A stretch of DNA of 64,000 bases from a virus (IMGVR_UViG_3300028833_000057:32001-96000); one strand, 5' to 3'. Counted from the stretch's first letter, positions 31,799 to 40,848 are shown. The notes: generated from the sequence alone by a model not told the origin. Numbers and translations are program-made.

Positions 31799-32371
31799 TT
31801 ATCCTTTTTGTATAGTTACATAGTGTACAGTTATAAAAGTGTCTTCTTTGACAATGAATGTATATTGTAGCATCTTATCATCACTTCCGGCATCAGGATG
31901 AATAGGATTGCCATTGACAAATACCTGTAATATTTTTGTATGATCCGATGCAGTAACAATAATAGAGCATTTATTTCCACGTTTAACTTCAGGAAGGTAT
32001 CCAGGTGCAAAATATCCTTTATAATGAGAGGACATTGCATCATCAGGAACTATTACTACCTTACATTTATCCTTACATGGACAAGGTGGTTCCGGAGGAC
32101 AAGGTGGCTTTGGATGAGGACACCCATATAGTAATGCTGCAGATACAGTTGACGCATTTATAGGATCAACTTCAATACGGTTGATGCATAAATGTTTCAT
32201 ACGAGAGTACTCGATAGCCATACCAAGACCATCGGCAGTATTCCATACAAAACGACTTGGTTGAGCTTCAGCTTCAATTGCCGTAGCATTCATTGTGCTT
32301 ACATAATCTTCAAGATGTGCATCGACACCATTGGAAACCTTAGTATCATATTTTACACGAATATAAATCAT
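31799..32371 (-). CDS. putative virion protein, Pro/Cys linker plus Ig-like C-terminal domain
   Basis: GGAGG RBS before MIYIRV; CPHPKPPCPPEPPCPC linker; beta-sandwich-like C-terminus (ILQVFVNG...YTFIVKEDTFITV). Confidence 0.6.
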   Translation of the reverse strand: MIYIRVKYDTKVSNGVDAHLEDYVSTMNATAIEAEAQPSRFVWNTADGLGMAIEYSRMKHLCINRIEVDPINASTVSAALLYGCPHPKPPCPPEPPCPCKDKCKVVIVPDDAMSSHYKGYFAPGYLPEVKRGNKCSIIVTASDHTKILQVFVNGNPIHPDAGSDDKMLQYTFIVKEDTFITVHYVTIQKG

Positions 32372-32372
32372 A

Positions 32373-33743
32373 TTATCCCTCCTCAGTTTCATTGTTTATA
32401 GGTTTAACTTCTACAATTATAACTTCGGACTTCATAGGTATGAATGTATATGTAGGTATAAATGTATCAGGATCTTCCTTTGGTACTAAGACGCATTCTT
32501 TGCAAGGCGTAGGTTTATAGTAGACCTTACTTGCAATATATCCTTCATCTGGATTTACTACAAATTTAAATTCATGATATCTTTCAGTATGAGTATTGAA
32601 ACCTTCAGCAGCGGCAATAATATAATGATTGCCTTCTGTAAGAGTTATATCAACCATATCATGAGCTTTTATAGTAAACTCAACATCACCAGTAATATTC
32701 TTAAGAATTATATTTCCGGTATCTTTATTTAATTCGCATTCGCATACTTCTGGATTCTTTACAATAAGTTCCTTAACATCATAAGATGAGCCTATTGCTG
32801 CAAAAGGAATCTTATATTCAGTGTCACGATTCACTCTCTTAGGATATCTTGCTAGTACGCAATTTATAGCCGTGAAATCAAGAGCAAATTCACCAAATGA
32901 AAGACATACTTTTACAATAATATCCTTAGTAACTTTATGTATGTGATATACATTATTTTCTGGAACTAGTTCTTCATTCTCTATAAATATTTTATTTACT
33001 TCATACTGTTCAGATTCAACGCTAAAAGTAAAACTACAATCATAACCCATTCTTACATTGAACTCGTCCGGCGTTAAAGCTATTGGAGTACAGTGTTCTA
33101 ATGGATTACCTTCCATGTCAGTAAATGTAATAGAGAACTTAGTATCATAGTTCATATCATCCATAGTAGCATCTCTGTAGTCAAATAAAGAATCAAATGT
33201 ATCTTCATCTAGACTAACAAATTTTAATGCACTAGGAATAAATAATAACCAATGCTTAAATCTGCATTTAAATATATCTTCAACAGCGGGATCTAGCGAC
33301 GCTCTCTCAATAGTCATATATTCATTGGTAATATAAACATTATCACGATACTGATCCATTAAGGTTAGCATTGAATACTTAGAAGCATTAAATGCAGCGG
33401 CATCTTCTGTTGAAATATTTTTCAGCTTTAATACTACATAATCAAAAGATGGAGTAATAACGCCAACAACATGCCAAGGAGCATCTACATCTTTAAGGAC
33501 ATTATTGACTTTCTGAATGAAGTAACCAAAATAATGCCTATATAGACGTTCTTTATCATTAGCTATAGCTTTGATGGCTAAGAGTTCTTGGTCTGGATAC
33601 TTAAATTTTCCAATTTTAAATCCAGGAGCCTTAGGAATTACCGTATACGGAAATCTATCCTTAGGTTTATAACGACTTAGCCCTTCTACACCACAGCCTA
33701 AAGGATTTTCCAGCTTTACTGGTAGTATAGGGGAACGTTTCAT
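32373..33743 (-). CDS. putative virion protein with C-terminal Ig-like repeats
   Basis: 456 aa; repeated FTFSVESEQYEV / FKFVVNPDEGYIASKV and IHKVTKDI / LKNITGDV beta-sandwich motifs; late promoter. Confidence 0.6.
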   Translation of the reverse strand: MKRSPILPVKLENPLGCGVEGLSRYKPKDRFPYTVIPKAPGFKIGKFKYPDQELLAIKAIANDKERLYRHYFGYFIQKVNNVLKDVDAPWHVVGVITPSFDYVVLKLKNISTEDAAAFNASKYSMLTLMDQYRDNVYITNEYMTIERASLDPAVEDIFKCRFKHWLLFIPSALKFVSLDEDTFDSLFDYRDATMDDMNYDTKFSITFTDMEGNPLEHCTPIALTPDEFNVRMGYDCSFTFSVESEQYEVNKIFIENEELVPENNVYHIHKVTKDIIVKVCLSFGEFALDFTAINCVLARYPKRVNRDTEYKIPFAAIGSSYDVKELIVKNPEVCECELNKDTGNIILKNITGDVEFTIKAHDMVDITLTEGNHYIIAAAEGFNTHTERYHEFKFVVNPDEGYIASKVYYKPTPCKECVLVPKEDPDTFIPTYTFIPMKSEVIIVEVKPINNETEEG

Positions 33744-33764
33744 AATGGTATACCTATAAGTTTA

Positions 33765-33776
33765 CAATTAAGTGTT
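33765..33776 (-). promoter_or_regulatory. late-type promoter AACA-N6-TG
   Basis: AACA CTTAAT TG on the minus strand upstream of 33743. Confidence 0.7.
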
Positions 33777-33839
33777 GACGATTTCTTAAGAATATAAACT
33801 TTGTAAAAAAAAAATATGCCACATGAATGGCATATTTAT

Positions 33840-34274
33840 TTACTTAATAGTATGAATAAAACCATCACCAATCACAATATCATAGTCGGTGCCTTTGGTA
33901 TGCTGAAGAATATCATCGTAAATAATTTCTCTATCATTTACAAAGATAAGAATATCACCTGTACCATCATCGCAACGAATATAATTCTCTATGTAGAGAT
34001 TTGGTAAGTTTTTATCTTTCTCTAAGATCTGAATAATTCCTGTTGAATCAGGTTCAATTTCATTATATTCTTGTGGTGGAAATAATTCTGCATCACAGAC
34101 AACATAAACGTTATATACATGATTATGATCTGTAAGTTCAAACTTGTCATGCATAGGGCCAAATGCTAAAACTTTAGCTATTGCATCTTTAATATAATCC
34201 GTAAAAGGAATATTAAATCTAGAAAGAATATAGTTTACTATATCTTCGTATGTTTTGTGCTGAATGGGATTCAT
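33840..34274 (-). CDS. hypothetical protein
   Basis: 144-aa ORF, AGGT RBS, terminator at about 33812-33838. Confidence 0.7.
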   Translation of the reverse strand: MNPIQHKTYEDIVNYILSRFNIPFTDYIKDAIAKVLAFGPMHDKFELTDHNHVYNVYVVCDAELFPPQEYNEIEPDSTGIIQILEKDKNLPNLYIENYIRCDDGTGDILIFVNDREIIYDDILQHTKGTDYDIVIGDGFIHTIK

Positions 34275-34285
34275 AAGGTACCTAT

Positions 34286-34758
34286 AAAAAAATTTAGGAG
34301 GATGTGTTTACACATCCTCCTAAGTCTGCTAATACTATATATAAATATTACTTTGAAAGAGAATATTTATATAGCTACTAGTAGATCACATTCAGAGCAT
34401 GGTTGTACATCATATCATATTTCATAAGCTAGGCTTATACCTCATACAATATTTCACAACAACTCGTCTTACTAGGATACGTTTGCGAATATAAAACTCC
34501 TTGCTAGATCTCTACCGCATACCGCAGAGACCTATATCGACGCAAAATTATAGACAGCTACTCTTCACCCATGGACATCAAATACTAGCCACCGCAGCGG
34601 CACTGGATTCAAAGCCTTGATACATAAAGTATTTTAATTCGATTCCTTCCAGCACTCGATCAATGCCGGATCTACTTGAATTCTGTATAACCGCATACAT
34701 AAGTAATAAAAGTACACTTACTTCGTTACAATACAGCGCTATACTGCAACTAAGTCAA
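34286..34758 (-). ncRNA. candidate large structured ncRNA (about 470 nt)
   Basis: About 500-bp ORF-free interval between a TATATTAA promoter (34762-34770) and a 13-bp terminator stem (34294-34323); many hairpins with G-U pairs; four UGCGGU copies. Confidence 0.55.
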
Positions 34759-34779
34759 ATATTAATATAATATTGAAAT

Positions 34780-35193
34780 TTAACCGATCTTAAACATTAC
34801 AGTTCTAAAGATTTGGATTATATTTCCTAAGATCCCTTTAATAGCTTCATCAGGTATAGACTCTGCAAGTTTATTAGACTGATCTATACAAGAAATGCAA
34901 ATCTTATTCATGAAATCTGCACTCCATTCAGGAGTAAACTCAGGATTTCTTTCTCTTCTATATGGTTGTTTGCTTAGTACAACATAGCTTTCTGCAAGAG
35001 CATCTATAGGATCTATTAATCCTTTATAAACTTCTTCAGTAGCTAAATGAACATATGCTTTAGTATTCCAGTGCCATATTTGAAACTGTGTAGTGACTTC
35101 CTGCAAAGAATTAATATACACTGCTAACGGCTGTATAAATGCTGGAACAGGTGTTACCTGTTGTTGCTGCTGCATAATAGAATCATTTTCCAT
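34780..35193 (-). CDS. ferritin-like (Dps-related) protein
   Basis: FQIWHWNTKAYVHLATEEVYKGLIDPIDALAE resembles the Dps HW...H...D..AE ferroxidase pattern. Confidence 0.7.
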   Translation of the reverse strand: MENDSIMQQQQQVTPVPAFIQPLAVYINSLQEVTTQFQIWHWNTKAYVHLATEEVYKGLIDPIDALAESYVVLSKQPYRRERNPEFTPEWSADFMNKICISCIDQSNKLAESIPDEAIKGILGNIIQIFRTVMFKIG

Positions 35194-35281
35194 TTTAAAA
35201 CCTCTGTTTACAATTCAAAGTTCATAATAAAAAAAAGAAAGCCATGTAGAATTAACTACATGGCTCTTTATAGTATTAGCG

Positions 35282-35938
35282 TTATTGTAGAACGCTAGCT
35301 TTGAACTTCTCGAATTCTGCATCGGAATTACGAGCAGTAAAAGAGGTATTCTTGACAACGGCAACCTTAGAAAGAGCCTTGACTTCTGCCTTAGCTTGTT
35401 GATCAAAGCTTTCATCCTTGATGTCTTCTTCGATTTCCTGCAAGAAGTCTGCAATATCAGACGGTACACCATCATCGGTAGTAAAGTCTGCAATAGCATT
35501 AACTTCAGCCATAGTACGAAGATCGGCAATTTTCGCCATAACATCACCAATGGTGATATCATAGTTGGAAACAGCTTCATCAATTTTAGCCTTGGCTTCA
35601 TTAGCCTTTTCAAGAGCCTTCTGATACATTTCTACTGCTCTCTTAGCAGTCTCATACATCTTGTACTGAAGTTTGGCATTAACTTCATCACCATGCTTAA
35701 GGAAATCTTCCGCATGAGCCAATGCTTGATTAGCATTGTCTGTTGCCGTGTTGATTCTGTCTTCGATAGTGATGACATTCTTATGCACTGCTTCTGCATG
35801 CTTCTCAAGAAGTTTCTTCTTTTTCTTCAGCTGTTCAGCAGCATGGTCAAGACGTTCCTGATAAGTGGTAAGCTTTCCGAGGACTTTCTTACCAGAAGTA
35901 AATTTGATTTTGAAGAAGTCGATGATACCGATTCCCAT
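35282..35938 (-). CDS. PspA/IM30 (ESCRT-III superfamily)-like coiled-coil protein
   Basis: 218 aa, long coiled coil, AEDFLKHGDEVNAK hairpin motif and C-terminal DAEFEKFK motif typical of PspA. Confidence 0.7.
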   Translation of the reverse strand: MGIGIIDFFKIKFTSGKKVLGKLTTYQERLDHAAEQLKKKKKLLEKHAEAVHKNVITIEDRINTATDNANQALAHAEDFLKHGDEVNAKLQYKMYETAKRAVEMYQKALEKANEAKAKIDEAVSNYDITIGDVMAKIADLRTMAEVNAIADFTTDDGVPSDIADFLQEIEEDIKDESFDQQAKAEVKALSKVAVVKNTSFTARNSDAEFEKFKASVLQ

Positions 35939-35967
35939 TTTTTATTCCTTTGTTGTTTTGTGTGTGA

Positions 35968-36663
35968 CTAGAGTTTGTCTATATAATTCTTAAATAATAA
36001 TATTTCATCTGGATCACTTACGGCATTATAATAACCTATATTTAAACGTAAGTGTGTTATATATGGTAAAGATTTTCTAGTATCCATAAAGCATTCATAT
36101 GAAGTATAATACTGTCTATAAATATATTTTTCCATGGCATCTTTATTTGACCACATCATTAATAACAGATTACGGACAAATATATACAATGGATAAATAT
36201 CCATATCTTCTTCATCATAAAGATCTATATCACAATCAGCAATTCTTTGGAGTTTTTCATAACTACAAGACTTTAAAAAGTCTAATAGAATTTTTAAGCT
36301 TAAAGATGAATTCTTTTCTATCCAGTTTGAAGAATAAATATTATGATAAAAATCTTTTACATAAAATTCTATAAATGTATCACTTGATTCAGATTTTATA
36401 TTCTTAAAGATAATTGCGATTTTTAGATGACCTTTAGTAGTTATTGAAAAATTAATTTTCAACAATATGGGCTTTTTTAAATTTATACCCCATAATTCTT
36501 TTCTACATTTAATAAAATGCCTATAACTAAAATGTCGTATCTTATCAAAAGAATATTTTGGCTGAATACCTGCTAAATTTTTAATTTTCTTATTATTATA
36601 GATCTCGGATGCTATTGCGATTGCAATAACTATTAAAAATGTATAACATATAAAAAGAAGCAT
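35968..36663 (-). CDS. hypothetical protein with N-terminal TM anchor
   Basis: 231 aa; hydrophobic N-terminus; TATATTAAA promoter near 36686. Confidence 0.65.
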   Translation of the reverse strand: MLLFICYTFLIVIAIAIASEIYNNKKIKNLAGIQPKYSFDKIRHFSYRHFIKCRKELWGINLKKPILLKINFSITTKGHLKIAIIFKNIKSESSDTFIEFYVKDFYHNIYSSNWIEKNSSLSLKILLDFLKSCSYEKLQRIADCDIDLYDEEDMDIYPLYIFVRNLLLMMWSNKDAMEKYIYRQYYTSYECFMDTRKSLPYITHLRLNIGYYNAVSDPDEILLFKNYIDKL

Positions 36664-36734
36664 AAAATTTCCTATGTTATCACATTTTAATATATAAATA
36701 ATCTAATGGACTGATGTCCATTAGATTATAGAAT

Positions 36735-38003
36735 TTATTTAAAGCGAGATTTTTTGCCTTTCTTAATCTCTTCAATTTCTTTATCAAGACTATTAGCTGT
36801 AGTATCAATGCTAAAAAGTTTTGTCCATAATTTAGCAGTAATAGCACTTGGTGTAAAGTTTTCTCTAGGCTTTGCTTTAAGATTTTCGTATATAAGCTTA
36901 AGAGATTTAATTTTATCCCTAAGCTCCGCGCATATTTCCTTATTACCTTTACAACTATCTAAGTCCTTTTCATAGCACACAATTATAGACTCAATACGAG
37001 TTAATACAGATGTAGAATTAATGCATTCTACTTTATTTGAAACCCAATTATATGCTACGGCAGATACTGTAAATACTTCAGCATATAAATCTAAAAAGCT
37101 ATTAAAACTTTTAGCAGATGGTGTATTTTTATCTTGAGATTGAAATTTATTTATAACTGCATTTAATTCTTTACTATATCCATAATGCTCAATAAATTGC
37201 TCTGTAAATGTATTAACCTCATTATAATCAACTCCAAATATTTTATTTATAATATCAAGAGTTGTATTAATTGGAGACGTAAAGCAAGATAATGCTGCAA
37301 GGATAGGCCCAATAGCTACAAGTGCACCTGCACCAAGCATAGATCCCATCTTATTCATGAATTGCATTAATTCAGCATTAGATAATCCATGATAAGATTG
37401 CATAGATTCGTTTATATAAGAAGGAGCTATTTCTAATATTGGTTCTTCAGATTTAGTATCGCTATTAGAGTTTGATATAGCAGATAGTATATTTAGTGAT
37501 TGTATAATACTAATAGTAACCTTCTTTCCGGATGTCCATGCATAGAAGCTATATGCTAATTGTTGAAGAATAAGAGCTACTATTTCTCTAGAATTATAAG
37601 CTTCATCTCCGAAGACTTTGGAAGCGCTAATAGCAATATTACAATAAAGAATTGGTTTTTCACATTTGTAGGCATTCTTTATATATTCTAGATCTTTAAT
37701 ATCAATTTTTTTCTGTGTTCCATACGACAAAGTTACATGACATAAAGACGTTGTTGCACTAGAAAAGCCATATTCTTCATTACCATTATATAAACCAAGA
37801 GATGCGGTATTTAAGTTTACATTAACATCTTTAAAATTAAATAGCTCTCTAATGACATCGCTTATTTCTTTTAAAGTTTTAAATGCTTCTACTTGTCTAT
37901 TTTTGCGATATTGGTCTCTAGCGTGATTGATGATCTTTTCAAGGCTTCTAATATTAGAATCTCCTTGATATGTCTCATTCGCCACAGAAAATAAATTTTT
38001 CAT
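36735..38003 (-). CDS. putative internal head protein, degenerate zincin-like fold
   Basis: REIVALILQQLAYSF occupies the position of HExxH, with downstream FTEQFIEHYGYSKEL; GACA-N6-TG and AAAGGA RBS favour start MKNLF (38003). Confidence 0.5.
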   Translation of the reverse strand: MKNLFSVANETYQGDSNIRSLEKIINHARDQYRKNRQVEAFKTLKEISDVIRELFNFKDVNVNLNTASLGLYNGNEEYGFSSATTSLCHVTLSYGTQKKIDIKDLEYIKNAYKCEKPILYCNIAISASKVFGDEAYNSREIVALILQQLAYSFYAWTSGKKVTISIIQSLNILSAISNSNSDTKSEEPILEIAPSYINESMQSYHGLSNAELMQFMNKMGSMLGAGALVAIGPILAALSCFTSPINTTLDIINKIFGVDYNEVNTFTEQFIEHYGYSKELNAVINKFQSQDKNTPSAKSFNSFLDLYAEVFTVSAVAYNWVSNKVECINSTSVLTRIESIIVCYEKDLDSCKGNKEICAELRDKIKSLKLIYENLKAKPRENFTPSAITAKLWTKLFSIDTTANSLDKEIEEIKKGKKSRFK

Positions 38004-38037
38004 ATTGGATCCTTTATAATATTTATACAATATTATG

Positions 38038-38562
38038 TCAGATTTCATTTATACTCTTAATAAATAAAGCATCTTTATCATTAAAATGATTAAATATCCA
38101 TTTTGCTTTATATGCTTTAGCTTCATGATTATTTAATCCAGGATTATAATCATAAATAATATTTCTAATTCCTGCATCTAATAATTGGATTGCGCAAGCT
38201 GCACATGGATATGCAGTCACTACACATATTAAAGATGGAAAATAATAATTATGCCATCTATAACGCATACTATTTAATGCAGAAATTTCTGCATGAGTAA
38301 CTATTTCTCTTTTATTAAGAGTAACGCCGTTTCCGATATCAACATCCTTCTTCTCCCAAATAGAAGAAAAAGAAGAGTCGCATGAAAGTCTAATCGGGAG
38401 TATATTGAACCCTCTGGAAATACGATTTCCATTAGGATCCAATATACTACACCCGATTTGGACTATTTTATCTTCAGACACTTGTTTAGCCAAGGTCTTC
38501 AGCTCGTTCATTTCATCAAGCAGCTTTCTTTTTAGAGATAGTGAAAAGTTCATTGTCTTCAT
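38038..38562 (-). CDS. dCMP deaminase (cytidine/deoxycytidylate deaminase family)
   Basis: HAE and PCAAC zinc motifs, GFN motif; start may be 38511. Confidence 0.88.
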   Translation of the reverse strand: MKTMNFSLSLKRKLLDEMNELKTLAKQVSEDKIVQIGCSILDPNGNRISRGFNILPIRLSCDSSFSSIWEKKDVDIGNGVTLNKREIVTHAEISALNSMRYRWHNYYFPSLICVVTAYPCAACAIQLLDAGIRNIIYDYNPGLNNHEAKAYKAKWIFNHFNDKDALFIKSINEI

Positions 38563-39547
38563 AATTGAAAGTTACGGAAACAAGATCTTTCTCCTTCTCT
38601 AATTCTGCATTATTTAATGCAGCCAAACGCTGAAGATAAGGAATCATAAGGTTAGATACTCTAGGATTGGTTGCCAAGAACATTCTCACCCAATCATTAA
38701 GGGTACGGGCAGAAACTTCTCCAATCATATCCTTAATATTTTCGAATATCGCCTTAATATTAGTCGTAGAATTAAGTTCTACAGTTCCACGAGTAATATG
38801 ATAAAGGAATCTGCAGAAGCTCATGTCTGAATCTTTAAAATTATTCGTATCGAGAACTTTATCTCCATAATACGCAATCTTGCCTTCAGTATGCAAGTTA
38901 TCAACTTCATTAAGAGCCATGTTTGCCAAACGCTTGTTATCTACTGGCATGTCTTCCACCTTTAGGACAGTTAGAACGTTCTTAATTATATCTAATCTTT
39001 CTAAAGTAATATCTACATTATCTGTAATTAATGCAAGAATTGCAGGATAATACTCATGTGTAGATTCTCTTGAATAATGCGCTAATTCTGCAAGTATATC
39101 TGCAGACAATGCAGTATCCGTACCATCATACATATTAAGTATCATAAATCCATTAATAGAACGCGCATTAGATGCTATAAATTCAGTTATTAGTATCATC
39201 ATGAAAGCTAAGATATCATATGTATCACAGCCTTCAAAAAACGCTTCTCTATTTGCATATTCAATTTCTTCATATGTAAAATAATCCTTCATATTATCAT
39301 TCATTACCATTGCAGTACATAAACGATCATATACTTCAGGATTTTTAGGCATAAGTTCATCATCAAAAAATTCTGTCAATAAGGCATTTGTATTAAGATA
39401 AATGAACTTTTCCGACGGATCTCTATAGAGTAAATTGAGGCACTCATTCTCAATAACATTCTCAGTATTATCAATAATGCGTGCCGCCAATTTCTCTTTA
39501 TATAAACCCATCGCAATTACGCCATTCATAATAGAATGGAGATTCAT
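38516..39547 (-). CDS. hypothetical protein downstream of JAB
   Basis: 343-aa helical acidic ORF starting 3 nt after the JAB stop. Confidence 0.75.
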   Translation of the reverse strand: MNLHSIMNGVIAMGLYKEKLAARIIDNTENVIENECLNLLYRDPSEKFIYLNTNALLTEFFDDELMPKNPEVYDRLCTAMVMNDNMKDYFTYEEIEYANREAFFEGCDTYDILAFMMILITEFIASNARSINGFMILNMYDGTDTALSADILAELAHYSRESTHEYYPAILALITDNVDITLERLDIIKNVLTVLKVEDMPVDNKRLANMALNEVDNLHTEGKIAYYGDKVLDTNNFKDSDMSFCRFLYHITRGTVELNSTTNIKAIFENIKDMIGEVSARTLNDWVRMFLATNPRVSNLMIPYLQRLAALNNAELEKEKDLVSVTFNYEDNELFTISKKKAA

Positions 39548-39550
39548 GAT

Positions 39551-40246
39551 TTACCAGTACCATGCACGTCTGGGTTTGATTTTCTTCTTCTTAGATTTCT
39601 TGTTCCAATTAGCAGTACCACCATAGTAACTACCGTAGTAATTACGACCATAAAGCTGATCATAATTATAACCAGTAGAAGTGTAGCCATAGTCTTTCCA
39701 AGAAACCTTTTCTTTGAATAATTCTTCAGTTGCGCCATTTTCAGCAGCTAAAGCTTTAGCAGCTTTAAGCCGTTGCATAAATGTTGTCGCGTCTAAATTT
39801 TCTGCACACTTTACGTCTGCAGGTATATGTACAAATGAACCATCTGCAATCTTGATAGTAATAACACCATCAGGTGTTTGACCACCATCAAGGAAGATAA
39901 ATGATACATCAAAATCTTTATTAACGTATTCCCAGTCAGTTCCTGAGAATGAACGACAGCCGCTCGGATGCCTATGACATGCAGCATTGTAAATCTGCTT
40001 ATCAGAAGCATACTCATCAAAGGCAATGCTTGCAGCAGTAACATTCTGCTTAGGCATTTCCCAGACTTCTGGAGCAATGTTAGCTGTTAAATTTTCTAAA
40101 TCTATATCTGCACTTAAGAATAAACCATATTCTTGACCATGACTAAAATCGCAAAATGCTTGCATGGTTCCCAGAATATCCATCGGCACTAAAATTGTGC
40201 CACGCTTGAAATACTTGTCGCCAGTTTCTAATGCGTACTTTCCCAT
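39551..40246 (-). CDS. JAB/MPN+ (JAMM) metallo-isopeptidase
   Basis: E (GQEYG) followed by HRHPSGCRSFSGTD, an exact HxH-x7-S-x2-D motif; Tyr/Gly-rich then basic C-terminal tail. Confidence 0.88.
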   Translation of the reverse strand: MGKYALETGDKYFKRGTILVPMDILGTMQAFCDFSHGQEYGLFLSADIDLENLTANIAPEVWEMPKQNVTAASIAFDEYASDKQIYNAACHRHPSGCRSFSGTDWEYVNKDFDVSFIFLDGGQTPDGVITIKIADGSFVHIPADVKCAENLDATTFMQRLKAAKALAAENGATEELFKEKVSWKDYGYTSTGYNYDQLYGRNYYGSYYGGTANWNKKSKKKKIKPRRAWYW

Positions 40247-40261
40247 GAATCTTGTTCCTTT

Positions 40262-40294
40262 AAAAAAGAAAGCCGTAGGGGTTTCCTACGGCTT
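40262..40294 (-). terminator. intrinsic terminator between Ubl and JAB genes
   Basis: AAGCCGTAGG-AAACC-CCTACGGCTT then TCTTTTTT on the minus strand. Confidence 0.8.
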
Positions 40295-40312
40295 AGAGTT
40301 CAACAGCAGAGA

Positions 40313-40813
40313 CTAGGCGTTGAAAATTGCCGGTCTAATGACCAGGGTGTCGCCATCCTGGATTTCAGACGGAGCAATGGACTGACCGTTGCGGTACAAG
40401 TCAGCCTTGTTGATACGGTTAGAACTCATGAGGCGGTGCATTTCAGCCACGACATCTTCGGTGTTGGCACCGGTGATATCGGCTTCAGTCTGAAGCGTTG
40501 CGCCAGAGCTCATGATCTGCACATGAACATGCAGACCCTGAGAAGCGGCAACTGCGCTGGAACGAACAACGGTAGAAGTCGTTGCAGCAACGGCTTCAGC
40601 AGCAGTGTCCTTTTCCTGATAGGTACCAGAGATACCACCCGGACGGGACACGGTCAGAGCATCACGCACTGCCTTCACACGAGTAGCCTTCGTGACGATC
40701 AACGTCCACGAAGCGTTCAACTTTTCTGCAACCTGCTTATTGGTCAGGTGCGAGTTCCAAGTTTCGATAAATTCATCATTATCGAGCTGAGCCAAAGAGG
40801 TCTTCTGAGCCAT
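40313..40813 (-). CDS. ubiquitin-like (beta-grasp) protein with N-terminal HTH-like domain
   Basis: C-terminal LYRNGQSIAPSEIQDGDTLVIRPAIFNA fits the ThiS/MoaD NG..DGD.V.I.P pattern; N-terminal EFIETWNSHLTNKQVAEKLNAS is HTH-like; lies between E1 and JAB. Confidence 0.7.
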   Translation of the reverse strand: MAQKTSLAQLDNDEFIETWNSHLTNKQVAEKLNASWTLIVTKATRVKAVRDALTVSRPGGISGTYQEKDTAAEAVAATTSTVVRSSAVAASQGLHVHVQIMSSGATLQTEADITGANTEDVVAEMHRLMSSNRINKADLYRNGQSIAPSEIQDGDTLVIRPAIFNA

Positions 40814-40848
40814 CTTTTACTTCCTTTAAGTTTGTTAGGTTGTGAGTT

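Noticed and set aside
34286-34770. tRNA cluster or tmRNA in the ORF-free gap
   Set aside because: No cloverleaf, TPsiC arm or tRNA-like GGGG...CCA ends recognised by eye; retained only as an unclassified ncRNA candidate
35396-35971. 191-aa plus-strand ORF and the many other 60-160-aa ORFs antisense to or nested in long genes
   Set aside because: They lack RBS/promoter support and overlap better-supported genes
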